Of a DNA stretch of 64,000 bases, positions 1 through 12,239 are shown in pieces. How positions within the stretch are numbered: position 1 is the stretch's first letter; every line of letters starts with the position of its first letter. The position numbers and the translations under genes were made by a program. This stretch comes from Callorhinchus milii (lineage: Eukaryota), in assembly GCF_018977255.1 (NCBI RefSeq), contig NW_024704742.1, positions 120,406,001 to 120,470,000 of the forward strand, written 5' to 3'. The notes beneath the pieces are model-generated. The model was not told where the DNA came from and ran no database searches. It worked only from the letters and a program-made list of their open reading frames with translations.

Positions 1-39
1 ATCGTAAGGTTTTGTGGTCTATACTTTACACAATACAAT

Positions 40-215
40 ACAAAATGACATTTGTATAGTACCTTTCACGTCGGGAGGATATCCTAAGGCGCTGGACATC
101 AGGGATTTGGACCCAAGCTGGGGAGGGTAGGAGGGTGGTTGACGGCTCGGTTGAAAAAGAGGGTTTTGAGACGCACCTTGAAAGTTTTTGAGAGAGGTTT
201 TTGATTTGGTTTCAA
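40..215 (-). mobile_element. L2 LINE 3' tail fragment
   Basis: Reverse complement reads ccagcgccttaggatatcctcccgacgtgaaagg, the tail shared with other L2 copies in the window. Confidence 0.75.
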
Positions 216-1544
216 GAGGGTTAGGTTTTTGATCACTATTGCAGACCCAGTGATATAACTTCACGTCCTTTCAGGGGAAAGTTACCATGGAGCTGAGGTA
301 GAGGCCATTTTACCTCTCAGAGTGAGGTATGCAATATGAAGTGACATGGATTGGGATTACATCAAACCTCACAAGAGTCATAATCCATAAACTAGCTGTT
401 AAAGTAAAGCTAATTGTTGATTTGCCTTACATGCATATATTACACAAAAGATGCTGAATTATTTTCATGTGATGAAGTTCTATTTTCTCCAGATATTTTT
501 CTTATTCATTTTCTCCATTAATTTATGCCCTCCTCTCCTTGTGGCCATTTGCCTTCTTTTTCTTCTTCTATTAGTACAATTCCACAAGCCTCTCCCAAAT
601 AGCCATTATTATTGCTTGAGTCTCAACAGTAAGTATTGGCAAGGTATCCACAGGAGTGTCACAGACAAACTTGATTTTATCCTCACCCAATATCCACCCA
701 TGAATGATCAGCAGTGGGAACCTTGGCTTATAGTCCTCTCCTGGCATATCTGGCTGTACGCTGTAACATCACCACCTGAGACAACTCTTGAATCAGAAAC
801 GGGAACTTTAAGGTTTTACCACTTAAAAAAAAGTATTAAAATAAATTGGGAGTAAAACAAAGGTACTCAGATAGCCAGAGGATAAAGATAATGGTGTTTC
901 ATTTGTGTGATGAGATCAGCTAATGCAGAGTAGACTGGGATCAAACCTACAACATTCCTGGTATTTATGGACTTGCTGCTCATTGCATGAACTTGCTGAA
1001 CTATCAGGATAATTCTTCAGATTTCTTTTTAAAAAATGTGACTTTACTGCCAAGCGTATAACATTTTGTTTCAACAATGCAATGTCCCTGGTGACCATCA
1101 ACCAATATACATTCATTGGTGAGAGCTACAAAACATCATAAGGTTGACACACAATCACTTTTTTCCTCCGGCTATCTGAACACCTTTGTTTTGCTCCCAA
1201 TTTATTTTAATATATGTATGTTTCTTTTAAGCGGTAAATTTTTCAAGTTTCCCATTTTCAGATTCAAGAGTTGCTTCAGGTAGTGATGTAAAGCGCCTTG
1301 GGATGTGAAAGGCGCTATACAAATGTAACATTGTCGTTGTATACTGTAGTATACTGTAGTATACAAGTGTTGCATCGAAGAATGTGCTGCATATGTCATG
1401 TAACTAACAGAAGAATATTATAAGGTGACTTTTTTGCATAATATTATGTTATCTTTTGATTTGGTGAATGAAAAACTAAAAATCTTAAAGGAAAAAAATC
1501 TAGCTTTGAAAATTTTTGAATAGGAACACAAACCGTTTATATAC

Positions 1545-1942
1545 TTTCAATAAAACCAGAAGTTGATGGGATCACTCAGCAGGTCAGGCAGCATCTATGG
1601 AGAGAGGAAAGTGAGTCAACGTTTCAGGCTGTTGACCTTTCATCAGAAATGGGGGATGGTGGAAGGAGCAGATTATAAGCGTAAGTGGAGAAGGGGTCAG
1701 GGAAAGAAAGACATAGGAACAAAATTAAATGGAGGACAGTAGATGATAAGATCAGAGGTGTTGATGGTGCCAAGAAGGCAATAGTGGGAGATTATAGGAA
1801 AAGATGTGTCTGAGACCCAGACATGTTTCGACTTGAAACATTAACTCACTTTCCTCAATCCATAGATGGTGCCTGACCTGCTGAGTGTTCCCAGCAACTT
1901 CTGTTTTTATTTCAGATTTCCAGCATCTGCAGTATTTTGCTT
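1545..1942. mobile_element. Non-autonomous Penelope-like element with inverted arms and 12-bp TSD
   Basis: Arms at about 1552-1630 and 1830-1910 are inverted copies; CCGTTTATATAC is directly repeated at 1533-1544 and 1943-1954; hammerhead-like core in the left arm. The family call rests on recall of shark Penelope-type repeats. Confidence 0.75.
1614..1650 (-). ncRNA. Minimal hammerhead ribozyme-like motif, probably degenerate
   Basis: Minus strand attt-CTGATGA-a-aggt-caaca-gcct-GAAAC-GTT-gact: both conserved core boxes, a short stem II and a palindromic ACGT stem III; stem I imperfect. Confidence 0.55.
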
Positions 1943-2513
1943 CCGTTTATATACCTGCTATTTTGGTAAATCCTGTAAGATGACAAGTTATCACTCTTCA
2001 GTGTGATAATATTTTGAGTAGTCTATTTTATCTTCTGTGACGACTGCCTTAAATACCAGGTTAAGGCTCTTTGTGATAGTTGTGTCACAAGTCTGATCGT
2101 CTGCACAAAATTGAAGTGACATATTGTAGATGATGTTTCTTTTTGTACAGAGGCCAACAGAGGATTTGACAGAATTCTCAGCCTGTCTTGCATGTAGTCA
2201 TGGAGCTAAATATTCACACCAGAGGCTGCATTTCATATCTGAAAAGCTCACATGAGGTAATGAGATGTGTATGGCCTATTTATACATAGAATCCTAGAAA
2301 ACTGTAGGATAGGTGGAAGCCATTCAGCTGATTGATAGCCTAAGCTTGTCCTAGCTCATCCACTGTACTTTTAGCTTTAGTTCAGTCCAATTGTGCCTTG
2401 AATCAACAATAAAAGTAGTTTAAATTAGGTCCAAGGGCATCAGTTAGATTCTGGGCACCCCCTTCCCCTTACCTGACATCATCTCTGGATTTGGATTCAA
2501 ATTGTCATGGCTG

Positions 2514-2832
2514 TAGAGTCCTGTAGCTCAGTGGTTAGAGCACTCGCTTTGCAAGCGGGAGACCTGAGTTCAATTCCAGGCAGGGCGAAACCTTGGGCAA
2601 GTTTCGTTACTCCACACGCCTAATAATAATCCCTCCAAAAAACCAAAAACAATAATAAATTGGTCATTTTCAATCCACGACTGTTTGTGGGACACTGCTG
2701 TGCACAATTGGCTGCCGCGTTCGCCCACAAATATACAGTCAATTCACTTTACAGTGTGTTCTGTGAAGCGCTTTGGGATGTATTCCTGACGTGAAAAGCG
2801 CTATATCAAATGCAAGGAATATTATTATTATT
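2514..2832 (+). mobile_element. tRNA-Ala-derived Deu-domain SINE, short form, full length
   Basis: A box tagctcagtgg, B box gagttcaattcc, Deu-like tgtgggacactgctgtgcacaattggctgcc, L2-like tail, (TTA)n end; TSD ATGGCTG at 2507-2513 and 2833-2839. Confidence 0.92.
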
Positions 2833-2904
2833 ATGGCTGCTCTGTAATTCTGGTACAACTGTGGCTAATTCCAACAAACTTTTCAACTTAATAACCACAA
2901 ATTG

Positions 2905-3400
2905 CATTCACATAGCATCTTTTACATTAGGAGGGCATCCCAAGGTGCTGGAAAGTGAAGGGTTTGCACCCGAGCTGCAGGCTGGAATCAGGAGGGATGG
3001 AGGGCAAACGGGTTGGTGGCAGGAGGATGACAGAAGGCACTGTCGAAGAGGAAGATCTTGAGACAGGCCCTGAGAGAGGCAAGGGGTGGGGAAAGGGAGA
3101 GGGGTTCTGGGATAGAATTACAGAGGGTGGATGCAGAAAAGCTGAACGCTCGACCTCTGATATGCAGTGGAGAGGGAGGGAGATGTGTAGCAGGCCATTA
3201 CACACCAAGCGGAGAGAGTGGACAGGTTGGTAGTTTTAGGAGGTCACAGAGGTTGGACGGAGCAAGACCATGGAGGGCTTTGAAGGTGAGGATAAGGATT
3301 TTAAACTCCATTCTCTGGGGGATTGGGAGCCAGTGGGTGGGGATGACTGCTCACGGAGCTTGGTGCAGGAGAGGACATGAGCTGCAGAGTTTTCGATTGA
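2905..3400 (-). mobile_element. L2 LINE 3' fragment
   Basis: Homologous to the 3' parts of the L2 copies at 9620-10475 and 22075-23253. Confidence 0.8.
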
Positions 3401-3439
3401 TTGATGGATCAATTGGACAGTTTGCTTTTTATTTGTTGG

Positions 3440-3790
3440 TATCAGCCTAGCTCAGTTGGTAGAACTCTTATTTATGAGTCAGAATGCTAGGAGTTCAAAA
3501 CCCACATTGGGATTTTGATCTCAACATCTAGGCTGTTCTTGTTGTTGTTGTTACTCCAGTGCAGTGCTGGAGGGTCTGCAGTATTACAGATAAGGTGTTA
3601 AACCAAGGTCCTATCTGCCTGTTCAGATTCATCTCATGCCACTATTCAAAAAGAGAAGGGAGTTTCTCCCGTTATATTGCCCAACAATCCCCAGATAAAA
3701 TTGATCATTGACTTCATGGCTATTTGTGGGACATTGCTATGTGCAAATTGCCTGCTGCATTTGCCTACAGTTACTAACACTTTGAGAAAA
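3440..3790 (+). mobile_element. Older DeuSINE (SacSINE1/AmnSINE1-like body)
   Basis: tRNA-like head (ctagctcagttggtagaactc...ggagttcaaaaccc), then a longer Deu body (ttaaaccaaggtcctatctgcctgttcag...tttgtgggacattgctatgtgcaaattg); diverged. Confidence 0.7.
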
Positions 3791-4239
3791 ACACAGGAAT
3801 AAATCCTGTGAGTCACTTTGAAACACCTTAGGGAGCCAAAACTCTTTAATAATAATTATAATAATAGTACTTGTATTTGATATAGAGCCTTATCATGTCA
3901 TTGAGCCGTCTCAAAGCGCTTTATGGAATATATTGTAAAATGGATTGACTGTATATTTTGTGGGCAAACTTTGTGAGTGTATTTTGTTATGCTGATAATG
4001 ACATTAAGCGTTATGTAATGACTATTGATGGTGGCTTTGTGCAAGTGCAGACGATTTCTCAGCCTTCCCTCCAAAAACAGGAAATATATGACAGGTGGCC
4101 CACTCCAATTGCTGTTGCATTAGCTCCAACCATATAAATATAAAAAACACTAAAGGATCTTCCATTTCACCTTCACAATCAAACAAATCAATACAACATA
4201 CTCCAGGAACCATGCCACTCAGCTCATGTTAACCCTGAA

Positions 4240-4385
4240 GGGTCATCCCAGCTGGACAAGCAGCAGGAAAGCTTACCAATGCTTTTTTAGCTGGTTACAC
4301 TCCAGCACATTCTGGGGTCCCCAAACCTCGGCTCTCACCAACCAGTGCCTAATACTTTCCGGAATTAGGTAAGCAGGATGCATCC
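4240..4385. repeat. Unclassified dispersed repeat, inverted copy at 33833-34005
   Basis: tctggggtccccaaacctcggctctc...ccggaattaggtaagcaggatg matches the reverse complement of the 33.8 kb sequence. Confidence 0.7.
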
Positions 4386-7300
4386 CTCCAGGGAGTGAGT
4401 GTGCATTCCATTCCAACAATCTATTGTTGGGATTTCATGTTTAGGGTAGGATGCATGGAATTCTGTTTTGGTTTCGATATTCTTAAGCATAGTGAAGAGT
4501 TTCTGCATGTGTCAGACACACAGTGAAAATTTAAAAATCCCAAACTAAAAAATATATTTAAAAAAAAGCAATTCAACACATCTGTTACATAAACAAACAG
4601 TAAATGTGCAGAATGCTCAGTTATTCCACCATATGGAAGATCACTTCTCTGAGAATATTAATTGTTATGCTGATTTCACTTGCTCATATCATGGCTTCCA
4701 GCCCAAGATTTCAGATCTGATGAAACGTCACAGCCAAGATGTCAACTCATTTTTCTCTTCAAATGCTGATGGAAACCTGCTGTTTTCACTTGTTGATTTC
4801 ATATTTTTAGTTTTCCTTTTTATTTCTACCAACTCACACACAACTCACATCAATAAAGACCTTTTAAAAGGATCTGGTAAAAGGAATACTGCAAATTTAG
4901 CATTTTAGTTCATTATGAAGGAACAGATCAAATCTTTTCCATTTCTTGAAACAGGTGTCTAAATGGATTCTTAGTGCTCACATGTGTTTAGGATTTAATA
5001 CTTAAGTACTTAAGCGATCCATTAATCAAGTAGACTGCGTAAAAACACTTCCTTGGCTATTGTAAAGTCCAGACCTGAGAGAATGATCTAAAGCATTCTA
5101 CACAGATGAGGCTAATAAGTTCTAGAGAATCAGTGAAGATCAGCTCAGTTCAGATGAAATTTACATTTTTGTAGTTGGTTTTGGAAGTTGGCTTAGTTCC
5201 AGGGTTGAAGTAATGATGTTGAGTGTGTCTGGAAACTAAATATTTTTAAAATGTTCATGGACATTTCTTAATAGTGCCCATGTTATGTCAGTTTTTTCGA
5301 TGTGAAGGGCGCTGTAAAAGTGTAATTTGTTGTTGTTGTAGTGTTGTGAAATGCTCTGATCACAGTTGTAGAAACTGACTTTGATCAATCGAGTCTCCAA
5401 GTTACTTTTCAGTCTGTGCCTCCACAATGCTTGTGCAATGCCTCAACAGAAATTTATTGGATTTCAAATGAGTTTTCTTTTTTTTAAACCGAGAAGATTT
5501 TCACATCATACAGGAGTTAGAAGAAACTGAGAGGTATAATTGTCAATTGCAGGCAATGTGGTGTGCAAGACCAAGGGGAAGTAGTGGTGGATTCAACCCA
5601 CAGGACATGTCATAAGGTGTTGAGGAATTTGAGGAGAATCATATAAACCCATAGGAATATCAAAGATAGGAACATGCAAACAAAAGTTGAGCCTGCATTG
5701 CATAACCAGGATATGATAGAAGATCTCCTGCCCTCTGCCAGTTGGTTCCTGATAGTATTAACAGAGGCAGAGAGTTGCCAGCTCATCTGTTTATTCACTC
5801 ACCTGCATTCAGAGCAAGGAAATGAGGAGGGAGAAATTAGTGATTTAGTAACCCTGAAAAACAGTTATTCTGTAGTCTACTAGTTAAACGTTCAGTAATT
5901 ACTTAACATTTTTTTCTGTTCTCCTTCTGAGAATATAGTTTCTTAGCCAACTGGACTGAAAGAACTATCCACTGATCATCTTACAGAACTGAATGCCAGG
6001 AGACAGATGTATCAGGCACTGGATGACTAAATCTAATCTTCCCTGCACCTCTTCATATAGGCTGATCACAGCAATGCAGCTAAGATCAACCATTCAGTAT
6101 TTGAGCATCAAGATCCCGCTCTAGGACCTAGTTTTACTGGAATCCTCAAGTGCACCGAGCTGCCTTCGCAATACCATTTACTGTGCAACCTCTCTGCCCT
6201 GTGGACTCTCACTTTAATCCACAACCGACTCCAAAACATAGTTCGCTTGATGCGAGTGAACTTCCTATTCTTAATTTATGAATCCCAATATATATATTAG
6301 GTTGCTAGCAGGTCTTAAACCCCATTGTCAATGACTGCCTCATTAATAAATTACATGGAACATTACAAAATGGCCATTCGGCCCAATTAATTAGTGCCAA
6401 TGCCATGTGTAATATGAGCCTCCATTCCCCTTGCATATACCACTCTATTCCCTTCTCCCTCATATATATGCATCACATTTTCACTTAAATATGTTGTTTT
6501 TGCTTCAGCCACAGCTTCCAAGTTACACAAGTTTGCCTATAAACTCATACTTTGCGTAAATCATATTAAATGTTATGGTCCCGACTGAAACGACTTATAC
6601 AAATTTTATTGTATGTGTTAAATAAGTGAACATACACTGATGATCTCATAAAGGTACAGCCAGAACCAGCAACAACACTCGTCCATATGGAGCAGAAGGT
6701 ATTGATCTCAGCCAAGGCAATAGTTGGTTAGGATAGGACCATTAGTTGGTGAGGATATCGCCATTAATTCAGGCTCAGCTACGATGATCACCTCATTCGA
6801 TTAGTCTGCCAACACTCACTTTCAATGCTCTGAAGGGTGGCTTCTTGAGCGAGGATGCCTGTTGAATCACGCTCTGGTTAATGAAGGAAAAATACTACTT
6901 CAAACAAATGAGGTGGCAGAAAATTGAGGGAGAAAAATTGGTGGGAAGGGGAGGGGGCAGTAAAGAGTTAAATGAATCCAAACTTGGTACGTGAGTAACT
7001 TGTGAACTGAAGAAGAAAAGGCCAAAGTGACATTGTTTAGTGACTGCTATGTTTTCTCCATTTGGTAGATTTCTCCTCTAAAGGATTGTTTTGGAGTAAC
7101 TGATCTGTATCGTGTGGGATCCAGCTGTTCTCAGTTGGACACTATTGCTGACAAGTGTTTGGTTTTAATCACCTCTTTTATATACAGTCAGTAAAACGTC
7201 ATAAATCCATGTCTCTGGGGGAGACGTGCTTTCTGTTTGCATTTAAGGTCATTGAGATTCACAAACAAGATATTATTTAGTTTTTTTTTAAGAAGCATAG

Positions 7301-9348
7301 ACTGCAGAGGAACTGATACTGAGTTTTGGAATGTGCAGCTTCTATCCTCAGAGCAGAACGCAGAACAGAACCGAATAAATAAAAAGCTGACCGAAAAATG
7401 TCGACAGCCAAGTGAAACATTTGGAGACTTGCTTGGTGAGGCTCAAGCAGAAAGATAAGGATGTGTATATCTTGCAGCTCCACACGCTTCAAATCAGCAG
7501 GTTCTGTTAAACCACTGAAATCTGCCTGGCGGGTGGAGGGAAACCCTGTTCAACAACAACAACAACAAGATTCCATTTATAAAGCGCCTTTCACGTCAGG
7601 AGGACGTCCCAAGTTCATACCTCACTCTCTGTCCGGCTCTGAGGGCGGCTTATGACCATAATAAGAATGCACGTATTCATAGATTGTGGACACGTTAGTT
7701 TAATGTAACCAGAATGCAGGATGCTCCCACTTTATTCCTGATGGATCAAGCACTTGGTATTACCATTCATAATATAATAACAATAATAATTCTTGCATTT
7801 GATATAGTGCTGTTCACGTCTTCTAGACGTCTCAAAGTGCTTCACAGAATATACTGTAAAGTGAATTGACTATGTATTTGTGGGCGAAACGGATATACAC
7901 AAACCTGTTCCTGGGAATTTTTAAAAATCACTTCCAACCCATTGTGTATGTCTGGATTCAATCCATTTCACAATGTAGAACCTGCCCAGGTTCTATAATT
8001 TATGATAATATGAAAATTGCTTTGTTCTAAGAGCATGTTTTAGACATGAGCTAAAGCAATACATATAATACTTATATGGATTGATTGATTGGTTGTGCAG
8101 TATGATCCTATTGTAGAACTGTAGAGGCTTGCGGGAAGATAGTGCAGGTATCAGCTTGAGCAGACGAGAAATAAACCTGCCCCCATATTACAATGGGTAT
8201 TTAAGTCATTCAATCGCAGGGAAGAGATGAGTTCATTATGTCTCATGTCACTGATTCAATTCCACCCCCNACTAACCATTTAAAACAGTGAATTTAATCT
8301 CTTAAAGGCCTGGGAGAAAGATGTCAGCTTTCTTTCTCAGAATTGCCCTTGCAATAAATCCTGAAAGTCACCATACAGCCAAGTGGCTGGTTTAACTCCA
8401 TGTCTGTCACAGTAAGCCTGTCACATTTAGCCCTTAATCTTTGCAGAAACAATTAGGATCAGAACTCTCATATTCTGGAATATGTGGAATATTAGTCAAA
8501 CAGTGCTCAGAATTTCAGTTGGTTTGATTTGGGTTGAATTTAAATGAATGAGCTAAAGCTGACTGTCTACTGATTATTAATAACCAGCACTAACTACACT
8601 GTCAGACAGAAAACTACAATCCGTAGGTCATCACCAGATTAACTGCTACCTATTAGAAGTAATCCGGAGACCTTCCAGTAATATGGGATATTAGGATGTG
8701 TTGATTTACTTCTTGTACAGGCTTACAAATATCTACCCCCCAGATATATGGGCCAAGATTCCATTTTGGGTGCATATTATGGGCGAGTGCTACTCCTGTT
8801 TTACAACCAATAGAAAACAAGCAACCATTTGTTTTACACACATTAATCACTTCACTTATAAAGCCCCAGGCAGTGTCCATCAACTGTAGGCTTGAGTTTA
8901 GAGGTTACATACCACAATTCATGAACCGTGCGTAAAGAATAAACTTTTGGTTCTATTGCAATTATTTGAAATGAAATGTTTGATACTATAATCCTCATAT
9001 GGTAAAAATGTAGCCTCAGACGTTGACACTATATATTGTTGGCTTATATTGTTGTTACTGGGCAAAAAACAATTCAGTGAGGTTGTGCAGGTGATAGCTT
9101 CTTAGGTAATTTGAAATATTGGCTGAGGAAGTTTTAATTGGTATGAAAGCATTTCCTTTTCTTCTGGTTGTTACCCAAAAACTAAGGTTCACAACTTTTT
9201 GGGGGAGTGTTCTGTATCCTGCCATTTTTGCTTCCTTTTTTGCTTCCCCTGTGGGCTCATCATCCTCTTCTGGCTCAGACACCAGGTGGTAGGTAATCTG
9301 CTGCCAGACCCCCAACTATGTCAGGTTAGAGGTGGGGTTGATATGGTA

Positions 9349-9523
9349 CAGTAAAACTCGCAGAAGTCTGATCTGTATCAATCATATAATCTGCGTCTAA
9401 ATCGGATGTCTGCACAAGTCCTGTTCAAAGCTTTATATGCTATACAAGTTTGGCATAACACATATTTTGCATTTCATATTAAATGTATGGTCCCAACTGA
9501 TGCAACTTATGTGAGGTTTACTG
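9349..9523. mobile_element. Tc1/mariner (Tigger-like) MITE
   Basis: TA on both sides; imperfect TIRs cagtaaaactcgcagaag and cagtaaacctcacataag; partial second copy at about 6520-6615. Confidence 0.7.
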
Positions 9524-9619
9524 TAGTGCCTCTCCCCTTGCCCTCTTTACTCCTGTGGCTGTATGGCATGAAGTGCACTGTATAAATATAAGTTGTTGTT
9601 GTTGTTAGGAGATACTGTG

Positions 9620-10475
9620 GCACTCCTTGGGGCCTGCCTACAGTTGGACAACACTGAGCACTGACAGCATCAGCGCTGACGGCATCAGCATTCAAGGCTG
9701 CACTCTCCACCTCTCAAAACCAGTCAGGAACCTCGGTGTTCTGTTCGACCCTGAGTTGTCCTTTCTTCCCCACATCCGCGCCACAACTGGCACCGCCTTC
9801 CACCACCTCCAGAACATCGCCAGACTACGGCACTCACCCCTCACGCTGCTGAAACTCTGGTCCACGCCTTTATCACCTCAAGGCTCGACTATGGGAACTC
9901 TCTCCTCGCCGGCCTTCCCGGCACCTCCCTCCACAAGCTGCAGGTCATTCAGAACTCTGCAGCTCGTGTACTGTCCCGCACCAGGCTTCGGGACCACATC
10001 ACTCCCACCCTCGCTCACCTCCACTGGCTCCCCATCCCCCAGAGGATCGAATTCAAGATCCTCATCCTCACCTACAAGGCCATTCACGGCCTTGCACCCC
10101 CCTACCTCTCCGACCTACTATCCCCCCACGTACCTGCCCATACTCTCCGTTCCTCTGGCTCCGATCTGCTCCACATCCCCAGCCCCACCCGCCCTACCAT
10201 CGGTGGTCGGGCTTTCAGCCTCTCAGCCTCAAGGCTCTGGAACTCCATCCCCCAGTGCCTTCGCCGCTTCCTCCCTTTCCTCCTTCAAGGCCGGTCTCAA
10301 GACCTTTCTCTTCAACCGTGCCTTCAGCTCCCCTTGACTCTCTACCCCCTCCTCGCTCCCTCCCCTCACCCTGACCATTTCCCCCTTGCTCGGGTCCCGA
10401 CCCAACTGTCCAGCGCCTTGGGACTTCCTCCCGACGTGAAAGGCGCTCTATAAATGCAATCCTGTTGTTGTTGTT
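9620..10475 (+). mobile_element. L2 LINE, 5'-truncated (ORF2 C-terminus and tail)
   Basis: VRNLGVLFDPELSF...NIARLR, SRLDY and LHWLP motifs across frames; stem-loop tail and (TTG)n end. Confidence 0.92.
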
Positions 10476-11939
10476 GAGCACAACAATGCGGGAGATTGCA
10501 CTGTGCCCTCCATATGAATGTCAAAACTCACTCGTGCATTGTGCCGCTCAGAGGCTCAATACTTTTACACGTTGGAGTAAGAAATGAACCATCATCTGTT
10601 AAACTACTCAGAACATGGAAAGTAAATTCCTGCCACAATACACCTCCATTTAGCATGAGAGATTCCTTAAATAGTCCTTTAATATATTATTCTTAAAAAT
10701 GTGGGGAATTTTTTTAAAAAAATGTTTAAAACAACAATGTGGTCAGAAAATGCCCTTTTTATATTTTTGCTGCATTTTTATGGTGCTTTTGGCACTCTGT
10801 GTCAGCACTGATCACATGCAGGATCAGGTGTAGCACAGGCTAGGTACAGATAGAAGCTCGTTTTACACTGTACCACACCACAGCAGGATTTTATGGCTTT
10901 TAGAGTGAGATTGCAGACGTAAATACCTGAATGTGAACAAATTATAGAACATTTTGTGCTGTGGACACATGCCCACTAGGAACCGAGACCGTTTTATGTG
11001 GAACTATTACTGCCATTACAACATAAAAGAACAACACAAATCAAGAAGGAAAAGGCAAATCTCCAGTGAATTGCTAATCTATCACCCCAAACAACTGGAA
11101 CAGGTTACCAGAAGGGTGTTGAGGCCAGGATGCTGGACTCATTTAAATAACAGATTGATGTTGTGATGGGTGGGGAGGTATTCTGGCAGGATGAGATGAA
11201 ATAATTGGCCAAAGAGACTTCTTTAGCCAAACCTCTTGTGAGCATTAGCACTTCATAATAGAAGCTTGGAATCCATTACCACCTTCCACTGCAATTGTTG
11301 GGTCTCAGATATTAAATGTGCCTCAGTATTGTCGCAGGAATCGAAACCTTTACAAAATGTTTTCATCACATTTTAGCGCAGCTCTTGCTGGCATTTTGGA
11401 AAGATTCTGACTACACTGCTTAGGATGCAGGGCATTTGATAAAGAGCTTGATCACATCAACGTGTCTCAGAGTTTTTTTGACTAAAATACAGCGACTGTG
11501 TATTTGCAGGCAAACATGATAGCCAGTTTTCACACAGCAACTTCCCACTTAATAAATCACATTTTTGGGGAGACTGTTGGTCAGGGAAATGAGAGAAACT
11601 TTTTTCTCTTTTCGAATAGTACCGTAGGATCTTTAATGTCCACCTGAATAAGCAAATGGCACCTTGGTTTTAATATCTCACCCAAGATGTAATCTCTGAC
11701 AAAGCACTCCCCTAACTCCTCATTGTCAGCCAAGACAAATGGGATGCATTGTTAGGAACTGAAAAATGTGAATGTTTCCTATTCAGTGACCAAGAAGAAT
11801 AGCTGAGGCCTATATTGCAGGACATAATCATATTTAGAAAGACTAGCGCAAAGGCAAAATACATTACGATAAGGTAAGTTAAGTGACACAAATTTTGTGT
11901 TTTACAAGCCTGAAGGTTGTAGATGGGAAGAATCCCTGA

Positions 11940-12239
11940 ATTTTGATATAGCACTTTTCACTTCTTCAAGACGTCTCAAAGCGCTTCACAGAATATACTG
12001 TAAAGTGAATTGACTGCATTTTCGTGGGCAAAACGTGGCAGGTAATTGTGCACAGCAGTATCCCACAAACAGTCGTGGATTGAAGTGACCAAATTATTAT
12101 TGTTTTTTTTCTTGAGGGATTATTATTATTAGGCGTGTGGAGTAAGGAAACTTGCCCAAGGTTTCTCCCCGCCAGGAATCGAACCCAGGTCTCTCGCTTG
12201 TGAGGCGAGTACTCTAACCACTGAGCTACAGGACTCCAC
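11940..12239 (-). mobile_element. tRNA-derived SINE, short form; partial tandem copy at 12263-12462
   Basis: Reverse-complement match to the 2514 SINE. Confidence 0.9.

Noticed and set aside
451..855. 134-aa hydrophobic ORF, and similar ones at 14139, 15531 and 48180
   Set aside because: Low-complexity products of T-rich or purine-rich sequence, with no recognisable domain or splice support.
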